Below are positions 21,108 through 33,516 of a DNA stretch of 64,000 nucleotides, in pieces (the first letter of the stretch is position 1; each line of letters opens with the position of its first letter). The position numbers were made by a program, and so were the translations under genes. A model generated the notes under the pieces. It had not been told where the DNA came from, searched no databases, and saw only the letters and a program-made list of their open reading frames with translations. Location of the stretch: positions 160,001-224,000 of the forward strand of contig CBDATR010000034.1 in NCBI GenBank assembly GCA_965200155.1, in the 5' to 3' direction. The DNA comes from Nitrosopumilaceae archaeon (GTDB taxonomy: Archaea; Thermoproteota; Nitrososphaeria; Nitrososphaerales; Nitrosopumilaceae).

Positions 21108-22031
21108 ATGACTAATGTATTGGTATGCGACGAGGTAGACCCGGTCTTGCCCAAGATACTGATAGACAATGGTATGGCCGTGACCTATCAACCAGATATA
21201 GATACAAAGACACTACTACTGGACATTGCCAAATATGATCATGTAGTGGTACGCAGTCGTACCCGAATAACCGCGGAGATGATACAGAATGCGCGAAAAT
21301 GCAAGGTTATTGCCAGGGTCGGTGTCGGACTTGACAATATAGACCAGAAGGCAGCCGCGGAGAAGAATATACGGGTAGTTAATGCTGTCGAGGGAGCCAT
21401 GAATGCGGTGGCCGAGCTTGTAATTACCCTGATGCTCTCGCTGGCCAGAAATGTTCCCCGTGCAGATCGCACCCTGCGGGGTGGCCAGTGGGTCAAAAAG
21501 GACCTAAAGGGTACTGAACTGCGGGGCAAGTATCTGGGCATTGTAGGCGTGGGTAACATCGGCAAGCGATTGGCACGCCTAGCACGGGCATTTAACATGA
21601 ATATAATCGGATATGATGTAATGCCAATTGATCCACAATTGGTAAGCGAGGTGGGCATGATAAAGGCCGACCTGGATACCTTGCTACAGAGTGCCGATTA
21701 CGTATCGTTGCATGTGCCGCTCTTGGACTCCACACGACACCTTATTGACGCTAGGCGACTGTCACTTATGAAGAAGGGATCCTGCATAATAAACACGTCC
21801 AGGGGGGGTACCATAGACGAGACTGCCTTGTATAATTCCCTGCTTGAGGGTCACTTGGGCGGCGCGGCACTAGACGTCTTTGAGAATGAGCCCGCTACCG
21901 ATACGCCCTTGGCTAAACTGGACAATGTGGTTCTCACTCCACATATTGGCGCGCAGACACGCGAGGCTCAGAAACTTGCGGCAAATGTAATTGCCGAGAA
22001 ACTGGTCCAGATAGAGCGGGGCGTACTGTGA
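21108..22031 (+). CDS. serA: D-3-phosphoglycerate dehydrogenase-family 2-hydroxyacid dehydrogenase
   Basis: RVGVGLDNID, GVGNIG, NTSRGG, ALDVFENEP, TPHIGA. Confidence 0.85.
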   Translation: MTNVLVCDEVDPVLPKILIDNGMAVTYQPDIDTKTLLLDIAKYDHVVVRSRTRITAEMIQNARKCKVIARVGVGLDNIDQKAAAEKNIRVVNAVEGAMNAVAELVITLMLSLARNVPRADRTLRGGQWVKKDLKGTELRGKYLGIVGVGNIGKRLARLARAFNMNIIGYDVMPIDPQLVSEVGMIKADLDTLLQSADYVSLHVPLLDSTRHLIDARRLSLMKKGSCIINTSRGGTIDETALYNSLLEGHLGGAALDVFENEPATDTPLAKLDNVVLTPHIGAQTREAQKLAANVIAEKLVQIERGVL

Positions 22032-22098
22032 GAGTCTCAGGATTCAGTACTTTCGCGTTCTAATTCATTTTTAAACTACTTTTACATCTGATAGTGTG

Positions 22099-22599
22099 AT
22101 GAGATATGGTGTGTCCCTTGTGGCATTACTGGTCTTGGGAATAGGTATGGCCACTGCACAAACGCCCGACTTTGTGGAAGACGGGGTTGGCCCGGAGATA
22201 TATGTAGAGCGATACCTAAACGAGGCAGAGTTTATCACTTGGTATGATACGTACTATCCGGATATACCCTTCCATGAGGCACTGCAGATAAGCCAAGCAC
22301 AGTACGACGAGATGGTAATGCAGATAGCCAGCGAACAGTGTGAGGCAAACGAGCACATGGTGGACGGACAGTGCATTCCAGTCCCGGCAGATTGCGGGCC
22401 TGGCACGGTAATGTCCGATAACCGGTGTGTTGTAGATCCGGCAATGGGGCCAATGCTGAACACGAACGAGGCTGTATTCCAGGCGCAAGGTGAGGGCTTG
22501 CAGCTTGGCGTGGCTGCGGCCGCGGGCTTTGGTATTGCCATAGGCATACTTCTATTCCTGTGGTTACCCTCCCGGATTAGAAAAAGGATGTCCAAGTAG
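22099..22599 (+). CDS. Secreted/membrane-anchored Cys-containing hypothetical protein
   Basis: Signal peptide, CGPGT repeat-like segment, C-terminal TM. Confidence 0.7.
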   Translation: MRYGVSLVALLVLGIGMATAQTPDFVEDGVGPEIYVERYLNEAEFITWYDTYYPDIPFHEALQISQAQYDEMVMQIASEQCEANEHMVDGQCIPVPADCGPGTVMSDNRCVVDPAMGPMLNTNEAVFQAQGEGLQLGVAAAAGFGIAIGILLFLWLPSRIRKRMSK

Positions 22600-22776
22600 G
22601 ATAACCTGGCGACAGTGTTTTCTTGATGTATTATTATGGGGTTCTGCCCAAATTAGTGTGGTAGTGGTCCAGGTTGTGCACCATGAATACACAACAGAAT
22701 CCCATTATGTGAATCCGGTACCATAACGAATGAACTTTGATACTGGTCTCCCGCATTTGACATTCGGTTGGCGTAA

Positions 22777-23722
22777 TCAATGTACGAAAAGTAAGTCCGC
22801 TTAGGATCCGGCGTACAGTAGTTCAGATTGCACAAGCCAGATGGTAAAGAGAACAACAGAGGAATCAAGACAAAAGAGGCGTTGCCACAACCAATATAGC
22901 TCAAGACCTGAAACAAGACACGTACGAAGATTGTGAACCAGAGAACGGGGACGACTCGAGTAAAGATGGGCAGGCCCATGATACCAATCACCGCCACCCA
23001 GATACGAATGGTAACTGAAGCATATCACAAGGATCCCGCCGGAGTACGTATTGCAAAGAGGCTTAGACATACATATCGCGTAGCATATCGCATAATGAAA
23101 AAGAACGGCACGACAGTCTCATCACAAGTCAGAGTGGGTACGCTATGAGCGTAAATATTCCCATGCAATGTGGCACTGACATGTCACGAAAAGATGAGCG
23201 CTTCAGGGGGACTGAATCTCATAGATGATGCATCCAGGTGTATAGTCGGGGCGGCACTATTTGAGCATGCAACCTCAGAGAACGCCGCTCTATTACTGAG
23301 ACTGGCAATGAAACGATTCGGCGCCCCTGCATCTCGGATAACGGCGCGTGTTTCGTAGGACAATAAAAGGGCAAAAAGAACTGGAAACCCACTATTCTAG
23401 GAAGAACTGCTGAATCAAGACATCATACTAATCAATTCCAGACCATACCACCCGTAGACAAATGGCAAACTGGAGCGCTTCCATGGAATGATTGAGGACG
23501 AGGGGACTCTTATTTAAGAGTCCAATGAGATATGGCATTATGACAGTCTCCGGGATTATGTTGACTACTACAATGAGAGAAGATTGCACTTCTCACGGGA
23601 TATAGATAACGGCGAGACACCACTCCAGGAACAAAAAGGCGACCCAGGCAATTAGGGCAAATAATGTAAAATGGATGGAGTGGGATGCCAATGACTAGCG
23701 GACCGACTTTTCATACATTACA
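22777..23722 (+). mobile_element. IS481-like copy D
   Basis: Same family; inverted relative to copy C. Confidence 0.9.
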
Positions 23723-24028
23723 CCGTTTATCTATAATCTTGTATCATTATATTGTGCGATTAATATGATAATAATTCCCCCGGTAACCATTCAGGTCTTC
23801 CTGTTCCAGACATTAGACTAACATATTTTGGGACAAAGTAGTCACATGTTGCCCCCGTTAATCCTGACTTGTCCGCTTTTGTGATCTAAACAGTTACGTC
23901 CCATTGTTTGTCTTGCCAGTCCGCATGTTTGTGTGGGGAATCAGGCATTTTTGCCAGGATCCCACACATGGTAAGAAGCCTGCGACATGCAGTTCACCAA
24001 ATATATAAAAGCATTATGTCTCATGCAT

Positions 24029-25018
24029 ATGAGAAAAAAGATCTTGCCGAAGGGATTACTCTCTGGCAGAAAACATCACAAGAGCACGGATCCCAAGACA
24101 AATATACAGACATTCCAAGGCAAGGCTTTTCGCTGGATAGACGTAGAGAGTCCACAGAGGGAGGATATGGAGAAACTGGCCGCGGAGCTGGGATTTCACG
24201 GACTAAACGTGGAGGATTGCCTGGCCAAATTTGAGCTGCCAAAGCTTGACAGCTACAAGGACCACTTTTTTGCAGTACTGGGCGTCCCCCCACTGGAAGA
24301 CAGCGGGGACCTCCGCTATGCACAGCTGTCCATGTTTGTGGGGAGTGATTACCTGGTTACCGTTCATCAGGGCGACCTGCAACCACTAAGTGAGATGGCG
24401 CGCATGTGTGCCGAGGAGTCCAGGGACAGTCCACTGATGAAGACTCCCGGATTTTTGGTACACGGCATAGTGGATATGCTGGTGGATGACCTGTTGCACA
24501 TGTCCCGCAGAATAATAGCCAATCTGGAAGACATGGAGGACCAGGTCTTTGATGACATGAGCTCCATGGCCAGGGAAATATCGTTACTGCGCAGAGACAT
24601 AAACAAGCTGCGCCGCATGGTAACCCCGCTAAAGAAGTTTGTAGACGAGATATCCACCAATATAGAACGGTTTGAGGCAGGCACGGGCTTGGAACTCTAC
24701 TTTGATGATGTTATAGATCACCTGGCCAAGGTTATAGAGACACTGGAGGAATCACGGGAGACCATGGAGATTTACAAGGATACGGATTTCATGCTCAGTA
24801 CAGAAAAGACCAACAAGGTTTTGGCAATTCTTACAATAATATTCACCCTGGCCATACCCGCCACGGTTATCGGTACATTATACGGAATGAATGTTGCACT
24901 GCCCGGGGCGAGTCTTCCGGAATCAGGAGACTATACAGCGTTTGTTGGAATAGTGATAGCATCCACTGTCCCCGCAGGAATAATGTTTGTCTACTTTAAG
25001 CGTCTGGGGTGGATGTAG
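24029..25018 (+). CDS. corA: CorA-family Mg/Co transporter
   Basis: YGMN signature, two C-terminal TMs; start uncertain (23987-24029). Confidence 0.9.
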   Translation: MRKKILPKGLLSGRKHHKSTDPKTNIQTFQGKAFRWIDVESPQREDMEKLAAELGFHGLNVEDCLAKFELPKLDSYKDHFFAVLGVPPLEDSGDLRYAQLSMFVGSDYLVTVHQGDLQPLSEMARMCAEESRDSPLMKTPGFLVHGIVDMLVDDLLHMSRRIIANLEDMEDQVFDDMSSMAREISLLRRDINKLRRMVTPLKKFVDEISTNIERFEAGTGLELYFDDVIDHLAKVIETLEESRETMEIYKDTDFMLSTEKTNKVLAILTIIFTLAIPATVIGTLYGMNVALPGASLPESGDYTAFVGIVIASTVPAGIMFVYFKRLGWM

Positions 25019-25778
25019 TCTCCTGGACAAATATGTCAATATTGGTCAGACTTTTTTGCAACGAGTCCGGAATTGCTATGAGTAAGCCGGAACCGGCAGT
25101 CACGTTACTACAGTATCCGGTATAGCTGTGCCGGTTTGACACGCTACACCCGGGCTCGGTATACCTTTCAAAGGAATCCTGATAGTAGTCGGCGTAATCC
25201 GGCATAAATGGTACAAAGTGGGCATCAAATGCCACACCGGGATCGTTAATAGATATGGAGTATTGTAATGTAGAAGATGACTCGCTAGTACAGACAGGTA
25301 TGAACTGGACGTACCCGTTACGAATGGTGTCATACTGTACAGAATCCGAGTAGGTGGTGTTTGGTATGTCCGGGAGGAGAGGTGAGTACGGATCCGTGTT
25401 TATCTGCGTACCCTGAGCGTAAGATACCAGACTGCGCAGTGTGTCAGATCCATACCGGTATAATGGGGGACTCCAGCTGCTCTCACAGTTTGAGAGTCCA
25501 TGGTAAAGCAGAACTGCCTCCCTGCCGTTCTGCGTTACAATTTGATTTGTATTATACACCACATCATCCGGCAATGACTGGTGACCCCAAGATAGCGTAA
25601 CATCATACAGTATGTTGGCCGGGGCGCTGTTCCAGCCGGGTTGTAGATGTACGTATACGGAATACTTGTCCAGCGATTGTTGGGATGGTGAGACGTATAG
25701 ATGATGCCCGTATAGGGCATTAAGTAGTATTAGACCCAGTGCTGCTGCAATTATAATGCCGTAACGTATGCTACGCAC
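24996..25778 (-). CDS. Hypothetical exported protein
   Basis: 260-aa ORF with N-terminal TM. Confidence 0.65.
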   Translation of the reverse strand: MRSIRYGIIIAAALGLILLNALYGHHLYVSPSQQSLDKYSVYVHLQPGWNSAPANILYDVTLSWGHQSLPDDVVYNTNQIVTQNGREAVLLYHGLSNCESSWSPPLYRYGSDTLRSLVSYAQGTQINTDPYSPLLPDIPNTTYSDSVQYDTIRNGYVQFIPVCTSESSSTLQYSISINDPGVAFDAHFVPFMPDYADYYQDSFERYTEPGCSVSNRHSYTGYCSNVTAGSGLLIAIPDSLQKSLTNIDIFVQETTSTPDA

Positions 25779-25824
25779 AGTACTCAGATGGTCTTAGAGT
25801 TATTTAATTCAATTTATTATAGTT

Positions 25825-27132
25825 AGTTTGTTGCATAACTCCAAACAAGTTAGATTAAAAATGTATGTGAGAAACGGTTTGAGTATTTTCGTTATTCTGT
25901 CATAGTGATTACTAACTTGGATCAAGTATTACATCTGAGATTTTTTAAACAAACTTGATGGTATTCACCGACAATGCAAGTACGTCCAGCGGGAGGCTAT
26001 TTGGCTTTGATCATGTATGGGATTGAAAAGGCTAACCATAACAAGGAGGGTGCTCCCTACCAGTATGCCGTGGGCATGTTACATGACACTGAGAACGGCA
26101 TTAGGTATGAGATACAGGCAGGTATCCGGATTCCTTGCAGGACTACTGGAAGAGCACCAAACCCCGCACTACTCCACTACAGACGCGGAAAAGATCTTGA
26201 CATCGACAAGGGGAATGGCATGATTGTCGGCACAGACAAAAAGCTGACTAGAACCATGATTGTGGACTCGACCGGCCTTGAATCGTGGCGAGTGGATAAG
26301 AGCCAAATGGAAAAAGACGCGGATTCATCAGTGCTTGCGGACTGGGAGAGCATATGCATTTACGGTTACCGGCGAGTGGGTTGGGGATACGCACATGTTA
26401 AACAATGCAGTACTGGGCTCGTATGCAGAAGAGTCACAACTGGACAGGGAGCACACCCTGGAATTGGAAAGTTCCGGACCCATTGCAACAGTTGCCATCT
26501 CTGGCAGGACCAACAGATAAGCCACCACCCGGAAACGCGCTTGCTAACTGCGTACCGCCATTACCGAATAATGATGACAAGCGCGCATTTAATCTGGAAT
26601 TACTTGTGGATGGCGCATACGCGTCCAGGGATAACATGAAATTGTGCAGTGATAATCGAATCCGGACAACCATTCCACCTCAGCTAAATTCCACCAAAGG
26701 AAAGGCAACTCATGGGGGACTTGTAGTCTTGGAGGAAGTCCGGAATCGCCCATTTTCCGCCTTTCTGATGAGGAAAAGGTCGAAAACAGTATGAGTTCAC
26801 CGGTGTCTAAATTTACGCACAACTGATAGAACCGGTTACCAGTTAATGTGATTTGTGCACAAGATTCCGGAAGACGTGAACTCATACCGAAAACAAGCAG
26901 TACTGGAAGGCGGCAAAAGGGTACAACAGGCGATGGATAATCGAGATAATCATAGAACCGGTTCACGTTCAAACGATTATTCGGACACAGATTAATGGCG
27001 CGGAAATGGGATAACATAGTACAGGAAATCACAATGAGGGTAGCCAAGTACAACGAGTGGGTGGACGCGGCAGCAACGTAGATTACGACATGGGGAACCG
27101 GTATTCTGTCAAAGTCAGTTATACAACAAACT
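25825..27132 (+). mobile_element. IS5-family (IS903-like) pseudogenised element with MITE-A at 26789-26887
   Basis: IVDSTGL, DGAYAS, YNRRWIIE and FKRLFG DDE motifs; TIR AGTTTGTTGCATAACT...AGTTATACAACAAACT; MITE TSD CGAAAACA. Confidence 0.8.
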
Positions 27133-27267
27133 CGTTTCACACGAGTCTGTGTGGGAAAACCCATGATGCTAGGTCAATTGTTTGTATCTAACCACTTGGT
27201 TTAGACGTGCAGGGTGGGAGAAGTGATTCTGCGCATACGGTCTACTGTAAGAAAATTTCTATACATA

Positions 27268-28486
27268 ATGAAATTTTATGCACTTATAGCACTTGCGGCT
27301 CTAAGTATGGCAGCAATTCCTGCCATGGCAGATGAGCACTCATCATATTGGCTAGTCACTACTGTCTGTATAGTATATGATAATGGTAATGAGGCTAGGC
27401 CTGACTGTGAGGTGACTAACGAGTATGTAGAGATTAGGGAAGGTCCTCCTCCACCCACTGTGGATGTAACTATACCTGAGGGCGCACTATTTCCTGATGG
27501 CAGAAATACTGATATCTACTTTTCACCATCCAGTATAGGTGGAGTCCGGGACAGAAGTGGTCTGGACCAATAATGATAACGTACTGCACTCTGTGACTGG
27601 TAATCCCCATCCCGATGGGAACTTTGACACATTAATTGATAATGGCGAGAGCTTTGCCTTCCAGTTCGGCACTGTATGCACATACGAATACGGTTGTGTC
27701 CTGCACCCGTGGACAATTGGCGAAATAGAGGTAGTTGATGCCATGATGGACGATCTTGCTGTTCAGGAATTTGTAGACGAGCTAATTGCCCTATACATGG
27801 ACAATGGCGATGATGCCTTTGACATGATTAATGCTATGATGGAAGTAGATGCTGAACTAGCAGGATATGTTGTAGACGCAAATAGTAATATGATTGTAGC
27901 TCATATACGGCACCGGAGTTTGTGGGACTTGATGTTGGACTTGTTCTCAATAATGCACTATTACCAATAGACGTGTTTAGAGATCTGGTCAATAAATAGT
28001 GATGGCGTTTGGTTGAGCTATCCAGTTCCGGATCAAGATGGTAATATAGTTGGTTATGAGCGTGGCTGGTTTAAGTATTATGATGGTTATGCCTTCGGTG
28101 GCCGCCTTACTGTTGGCGAGGATGTAAGAGTAATGGGTGTTGTTGAAGAGATGATTAGTCTATACGAACGAAATCCAGACACCGCCTTTGATACTATAAA
28201 CTCGTTTATGTCAGATGATCCAAACTACCCATTCGTACTTGATATCTATACACTGTCTGCAGTAGCTCATGGACAGAATCCAGACTTGGTCGGTGATGTA
28301 GATGCCGCCGCTGTGGTATTCTTTAGATCCAGTGTGTCTCTTGAAGAGTTCCTTGCTCTAGAAGAAGGTGAGGGTGTTTGGTCAGAGTATGTGTTCACAG
28401 ATCTATCAACAGGCGAAGACGCCTCCAAGCTTTCTTGGATAGTGCTGCATGACAGTTATCTGTTTGGTTCAGGTTACTACCCATAA
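27268..28486 (+). pseudogene. Frameshifted cupredoxin + Cache-like repeat protein, paralog of 56693-57955
   Basis: Three consecutive frames align to one paralog (NNDNVLHSVT, CVLHPW, YPFVLD, FGSGYYP). Confidence 0.75.
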
Positions 28487-28706
28487 TCATTGAATCTTTA
28501 GTTTTTGTTATTTTTCTAATGTAGTTGTTTAAGTCACGTATGGCGACTACCATAAGTCTCTGGGCATACGTACAACACCTGTCTTGTATGCCACCGGCTT
28601 ATGGAACATATAATATATGCAAATACCCGCATACGTTTATCTCTAATATGTCATTGCACTTTATCCGGTAAAATATACGGAGCCACGCACCGGTGTAATT
28701 TTTCAT

Positions 28707-29780
28707 ATGAACCATTCCCATAAACCAGAGAATATATTGAACCCAAAAAGTAAGCTCACAATGCAATACAAGCTAAGCCATATTCGACATATGTGGCGCC
28801 AAGAATCCAACTCGTTTGGATACTACCATCTTCCGGAGGAGAATGTGCGTAATGATATGATTCAATCCATAAGATGCGGACTTGAATCAAACCCAAAATA
28901 CATACTGCCAAAGTTCTTGTATGACAGGCAGGGTTCCAAGCTTTTTGACGAAATATGTTGTCTACAGGAATACTATCAAACACGAACTGAGTCGGCCATA
29001 CTAAAGATAATCAGACACGAACTTGCACGGTATATGCATGCCCCCTTCCGTTTGGTGGAGCTGGGTAGTGGCGCTTCCACAAAAACTCAGTACATTCTGG
29101 ATGCCATGCTGGATGTCAGCCCAAATCCGGAGTACATACCAATAGATATTTCAGATGCCATGGAAGATTATGCAGAATCGCTAACTGGGAGATACCCCAA
29201 TTTACTCATAACTGGAATAAAGGATACGTACGAGGGCGGTCTGGATATAGTAGGTAGAATGGATGGTCCATCTAATCTTATCGCGTTCTTGGGATCAAGC
29301 CTAGGCAATATGACGCCCAGTCAATCCTATGATCTTTTAGTCACACTACGTCGTGTTATGCGACCGCAGGATCTCTTCCTGATTGGGTTGGATATGGTAA
29401 AAGACACGTCAATGCTGGAATCTGCATACAACGACTCATCCAGCGTAACCGCCAAATTCAACATGAACATTCTAAAGCGACTAAACAGGGAACTGAATGC
29501 GAATTTCGACCTAGACCTGTTTTCACACTATGCCACATATAACCAGAAACAGTCTCGCATTGAGATGTACTTACGCTCAGAAAAGGACCAAACGGTGGAT
29601 CTGCCAAAAGCCGGAATTCAGATAGGCCTACACAAGGACGAGCTAATTCATACAGAGAACTCTTACAAGTACACTATAACCGATATCCGTACAATGGCGG
29701 ATAAGTGCGGCTTCTCCATCGAGAGACTGTGGCGTGACGATGACGAATTGTTCTCATTAACCCTCATGTCTATCAAATAA
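28707..29780 (+). CDS. egtD: L-histidine N-alpha-methyltransferase (ergothioneine pathway)
   Basis: PKFLYD, EYYQTRTE, ELGSGASTKT, IHTENSYKY; start may be 28761. Confidence 0.88.
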   Translation: MNHSHKPENILNPKSKLTMQYKLSHIRHMWRQESNSFGYYHLPEENVRNDMIQSIRCGLESNPKYILPKFLYDRQGSKLFDEICCLQEYYQTRTESAILKIIRHELARYMHAPFRLVELGSGASTKTQYILDAMLDVSPNPEYIPIDISDAMEDYAESLTGRYPNLLITGIKDTYEGGLDIVGRMDGPSNLIAFLGSSLGNMTPSQSYDLLVTLRRVMRPQDLFLIGLDMVKDTSMLESAYNDSSSVTAKFNMNILKRLNRELNANFDLDLFSHYATYNQKQSRIEMYLRSEKDQTVDLPKAGIQIGLHKDELIHTENSYKYTITDIRTMADKCGFSIERLWRDDDELFSLTLMSIK

Positions 29781-29966
29781 CTCCCAGTAGGTATAACTCA
29801 CGCTTTTGATATCCTGCTCCCGCCCTAGCATTGTCTCAACAGAAACTATGGCGCCTACCATAAGTTTTTGCCGGGTATGGGGCCGTACTTTTATAGAACC
29901 ACCATATGATGGTTAACATAATTTGGACCATCATTATACCGTTGAAGAACAATAAGGAATTCTCCC

Positions 29967-30067
29967 GTATGAGTTCACCTGTGTCTAAATTTACGCATAA
30001 CTGATGGAACAGGTTGTTCTAGTTAATGTGATTTGTGCATAAGATTCCGGAAGACGTGAACTCATAC
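29967..30067. mobile_element. MITE-A
   Basis: TSD ATTCTCCC. Confidence 0.9.
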
Positions 30068-30751
30068 ATTCTCCCGGCGCGCCAAGATATTTGGTCACAC
30101 ATCCGATTATGTCTATAATATAGCGGTGTCCGAGATCACGCTGGGCGGTTACTACATACCCGGAACCACTCTTGAATTGAAGCATGATCCGGCCAAGGTC
30201 AAGAATAAGAACGAGTCCGCCAAGTCACCATATGGTCTGTGATTCATTATACGTGAATCATCTACCGCGTTCTAGAACGGTCATCAAGAGACGGTTTACC
30301 CGTCCAACAAGAATGGTTTGTTCCTGGAATTGACAAATTGGCGCCGTGATCTGGAGTGGGTGCGCGAGTTACCATCTAACTATGGCCGGGGGTGCCATAC
30401 TACAGGCGTCTGTCGCGTGCAGACGCGCGTACGAGGATCATTCTAATTACATGCCACACCGGCGTGACAATGATGGAATCATACTATCATGTGTAGGGCC
30501 ACCAATCCGTCGTGGTAAGTTCGAGTTGGACCTGTGCGGTTTTGGTGTGGTGAGAACAACCAAACCAATCGATTATTCCCGGGACATGCGCTCACTCAGG
30601 ATAGTGGAACGAGTTAACAAGAGCAGGGAGCGTCAATTCGAGATTCACATCAATATACGGGAGAGACCACCTACCGACCGGCGTTGTTCGCGGCGTGGAT
30701 GTCGGCGGGAAACATCTAGCTGTAACAGCTGACACGAATGGCAGAACGATG

Positions 30752-31102
30752 GTATGAGTTCACCTGTGTCTAAATTTATGCACAACTGATCGCGACAGTT
30801 AATGTGATTTGTGCACAAGATTCCGGAAGACGTGAACTCATACGATAATATGACACCCGGTGAAGCCGCGGGTATTCGTATTGATGGAGATAACAAGTAT
30901 CTTACAATAATTCAGAATGCTGCAAAGTTGTAGTATGTACCCAATTTTACACTTCATTCTATGTACCTACTTCTTTACAGCTCCATTCAGACATGGGGGG
31001 CTCAGGGCCTGTATGAGTTCACCTGTGTCTAAATTTACGCATAACTGATCGCGACAGTTAATGTGATTTGTGTATAAGATTCCGGAAGACGTGAACTCAT
31101 AC
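30752..31102. mobile_element. Composite of two MITE-A copies around a 167-bp passenger
   Basis: Only the outer ends share TSD GAACGATG. Confidence 0.85.
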
Positions 31103-31289
31103 GAACGATGATCCATGACATGAGACATCGTTCCATATTGCGGGAGATTAGCGCACTCCAGAGTATTAGAACGCGAAAGGGTAAGCGCAGGAAGCGAAAG
31201 ATTGAGAAACAAATCACTCGACTACGACAGAAAGCCAACAACATTGCGAACGACTCCATGAATAGAATAGTCCACGCAGTCACCAAAGG

Positions 31290-33182
31290 GTAACCGTTGT
31301 ATGAGTTCACCTGTGTCTAAATTTACGCATAACTGATGGAACAGGTTGTTCTAGTTAATGTGATTTGTGCATAAGATTCCGGAAGACGTGAACTCATACT
31401 AACCGTTTAGGTCGCCCCTGGCAAAGAGAAATGTATTTCACCAGATTGTTCTTGGCGTAATAGACTAACTTGCCCCAAGTATTGACAGGCGCATATCAGT
31501 CGTGTTGAGTCCACGCTTTCTCCACGTCATCATGCAGGTCAGGATGTTCTCGACTACCTGCATACCCTTGTTCGAACACCAAGACATGTGGTATCTTGCG
31601 ATGTATGACGAAGCGGAGCAGCATGCGCTCAGACTCGTTATTAGTGGGGGCCATACCAGGGTAGCGCAGGAATGTAAACAGATTTGGAGATGCGCCTTCC
31701 AGCTTATCGCCGAATTTTACGCCCAGCTTTTGCCACTGGGTGGCAATGGAGAGTACACTCATCTGAAGCGAATCTAGAATATCCGGAGTCACCTCTTCAG
31801 GATTCATGTCCCGGGCCTCGGCGTATATTTCCTGAAGCATTTTATGTAATGTTTCCGGTGGACCGGGCCCGGATGCATCTTTTGGTTCCCGTAATATGTG
31901 TGCCCAGCACCTCTGTATTGTCAAATATGTTATATCCGGCATATCCGTCACACGTGATTGGCTTGTCCAAGATATTTGGATAACTATTTTTGATTACTGT
32001 TGATGAGCGCGATTGTTCCAGTGTATATGCCACGCTGTCATTTCCGCTACATACCCACGCGTATGCAGTCTTGCCGTTCAGTGAGGGGGTCTCATCCATC
32101 AGTATTAGATTTGGATAAATCGTCCCTGATTCCTTCCACTTCTTTTACCATTTTTTCAGATGCGGCTTCCAGCACATACCTGCATTGGCATCGGCCCATG
32201 CTCCACAGTACTTCTTTTACCATTTTTTCAGATGCGGCTTCCAGGGCGTGCTGTATTGTTGCCTTGCATGATTGCGCTTCATACATTTGCATGCTATCGG
32301 CGATACCCTGTAGTGTTGAGCCATTGTCATATGAGTTGATCATGATGGTTAGTAAGTTGGGTCCAAACTGCGTGCCGGGGGATCACTCCGGGTTCATGTA
32401 CCGTATCCGTAATGAATGGCATTTCCCGGCACTCCTCTGTTATGTGTGCGGTAACCTCCGCTTTCGGAATGGCGGGTATGTCTGTTGTGGCATTTCCCGG
32501 TCTTTTCGAGATTCATAGAGCCGCATTTTGAGCATTTGTCAGGTGTCTTGCGCACTATTTTGTCCGGCTTTCTGTTGTGGGATTGGCCCTTGTGCCCATT
32601 CTTACGGCCGCGCTGGATTGGGAGTTTTTGTGGCATTTGCCTTTGTGTGGCTCTTTTAGTCCTCTCCGGGATGGAGTTCTGGGATGGTGGGGTATGCGGG
32701 TTCTCATAATATTTTACTTGATTTCAATTTGAGCCTGCATGTCAATTACTGTCTCCAGATTCCTGATCCACGCAGTCTGTATATGGTTGAACGTCTGGTA
32801 TTCGCCATTGATCCTGACTACTTTCTTGTATGCGCCCATGAGATTTGTGTACTTGTCAGTGTAAGAGTTTGCCATCCGGGAGCTTTACAACAAATTAGTA
32901 TTTATGCTTGCGGACGAACCGTTCCTTTGCGCACGCTAAACGTTTTAGTTCCTTGTGCTGCTCTATGGCGATTGCCTCCAGCTCCCTGATCCGTGCATCC
33001 AGTACCCGGCTGATCGCAGTACGCTCCTCATTACTCTTGGTCAGTCTATTGATCTCATCCATGAGTCAGGCATTCCTGTCACGTAACATCTTGGCTTCCG
33101 GGTCTTCCATCTGGCGTGCATTGACGTAACCAGGATATATGGCTGACGTAAAGCTGACCCCTCACGCGACCTAAACGGTTAC
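31290..33182 (-). mobile_element. IS66-like family B element (pseudogenised), MITE-A inserted in its TIR at 31299-31399
   Basis: TIR GTAACCGTTTAGGTCGC...GCGACCTAAACGGTTAC; 9-bp TSD CACCAAAGG; MDETP, CDGYAGY, QRCWAHILR, PTNNESER motifs. Confidence 0.88.
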
Positions 33183-33424
33183 CACCAAAGGTGTAGACAA
33201 GGTAGTACTAGAGAATTTATCACCGAAAGCAATGACCAGTCATGGCGGGAACCACAAAAGAGCAATGAACCGTTCCATGCGCGAGAATCGCGTCGGCGAG
33301 TTCCGCCGGAAAGTAGTACAAAAGTGCGAGGCACTGGGGATTGAATTGGTATTTGTGCCAGCGAAATACACGAGGGGGCGGTTTACCCACCCAACGAGCA
33401 AAGCCTGTCACATGTGTGGCCATG

Positions 33425-33516
33425 GTATGAGTTCACCTGTGTCTAAATTTACGCACAACTGATCGCGACAGTTAATGTGATTTGTGCACAAGATTCCGGA
33501 AGACGTGAACTCATAC
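33425..33516. mobile_element. MITE-A
   Basis: TSD TGGCCATG. Confidence 0.9.

Noticed and set aside
32138-32244. About 35-bp direct repeat with 72-bp spacing in the IS66-B transposase
   Set aside because: Local duplication in a pseudogene; no wider pattern.
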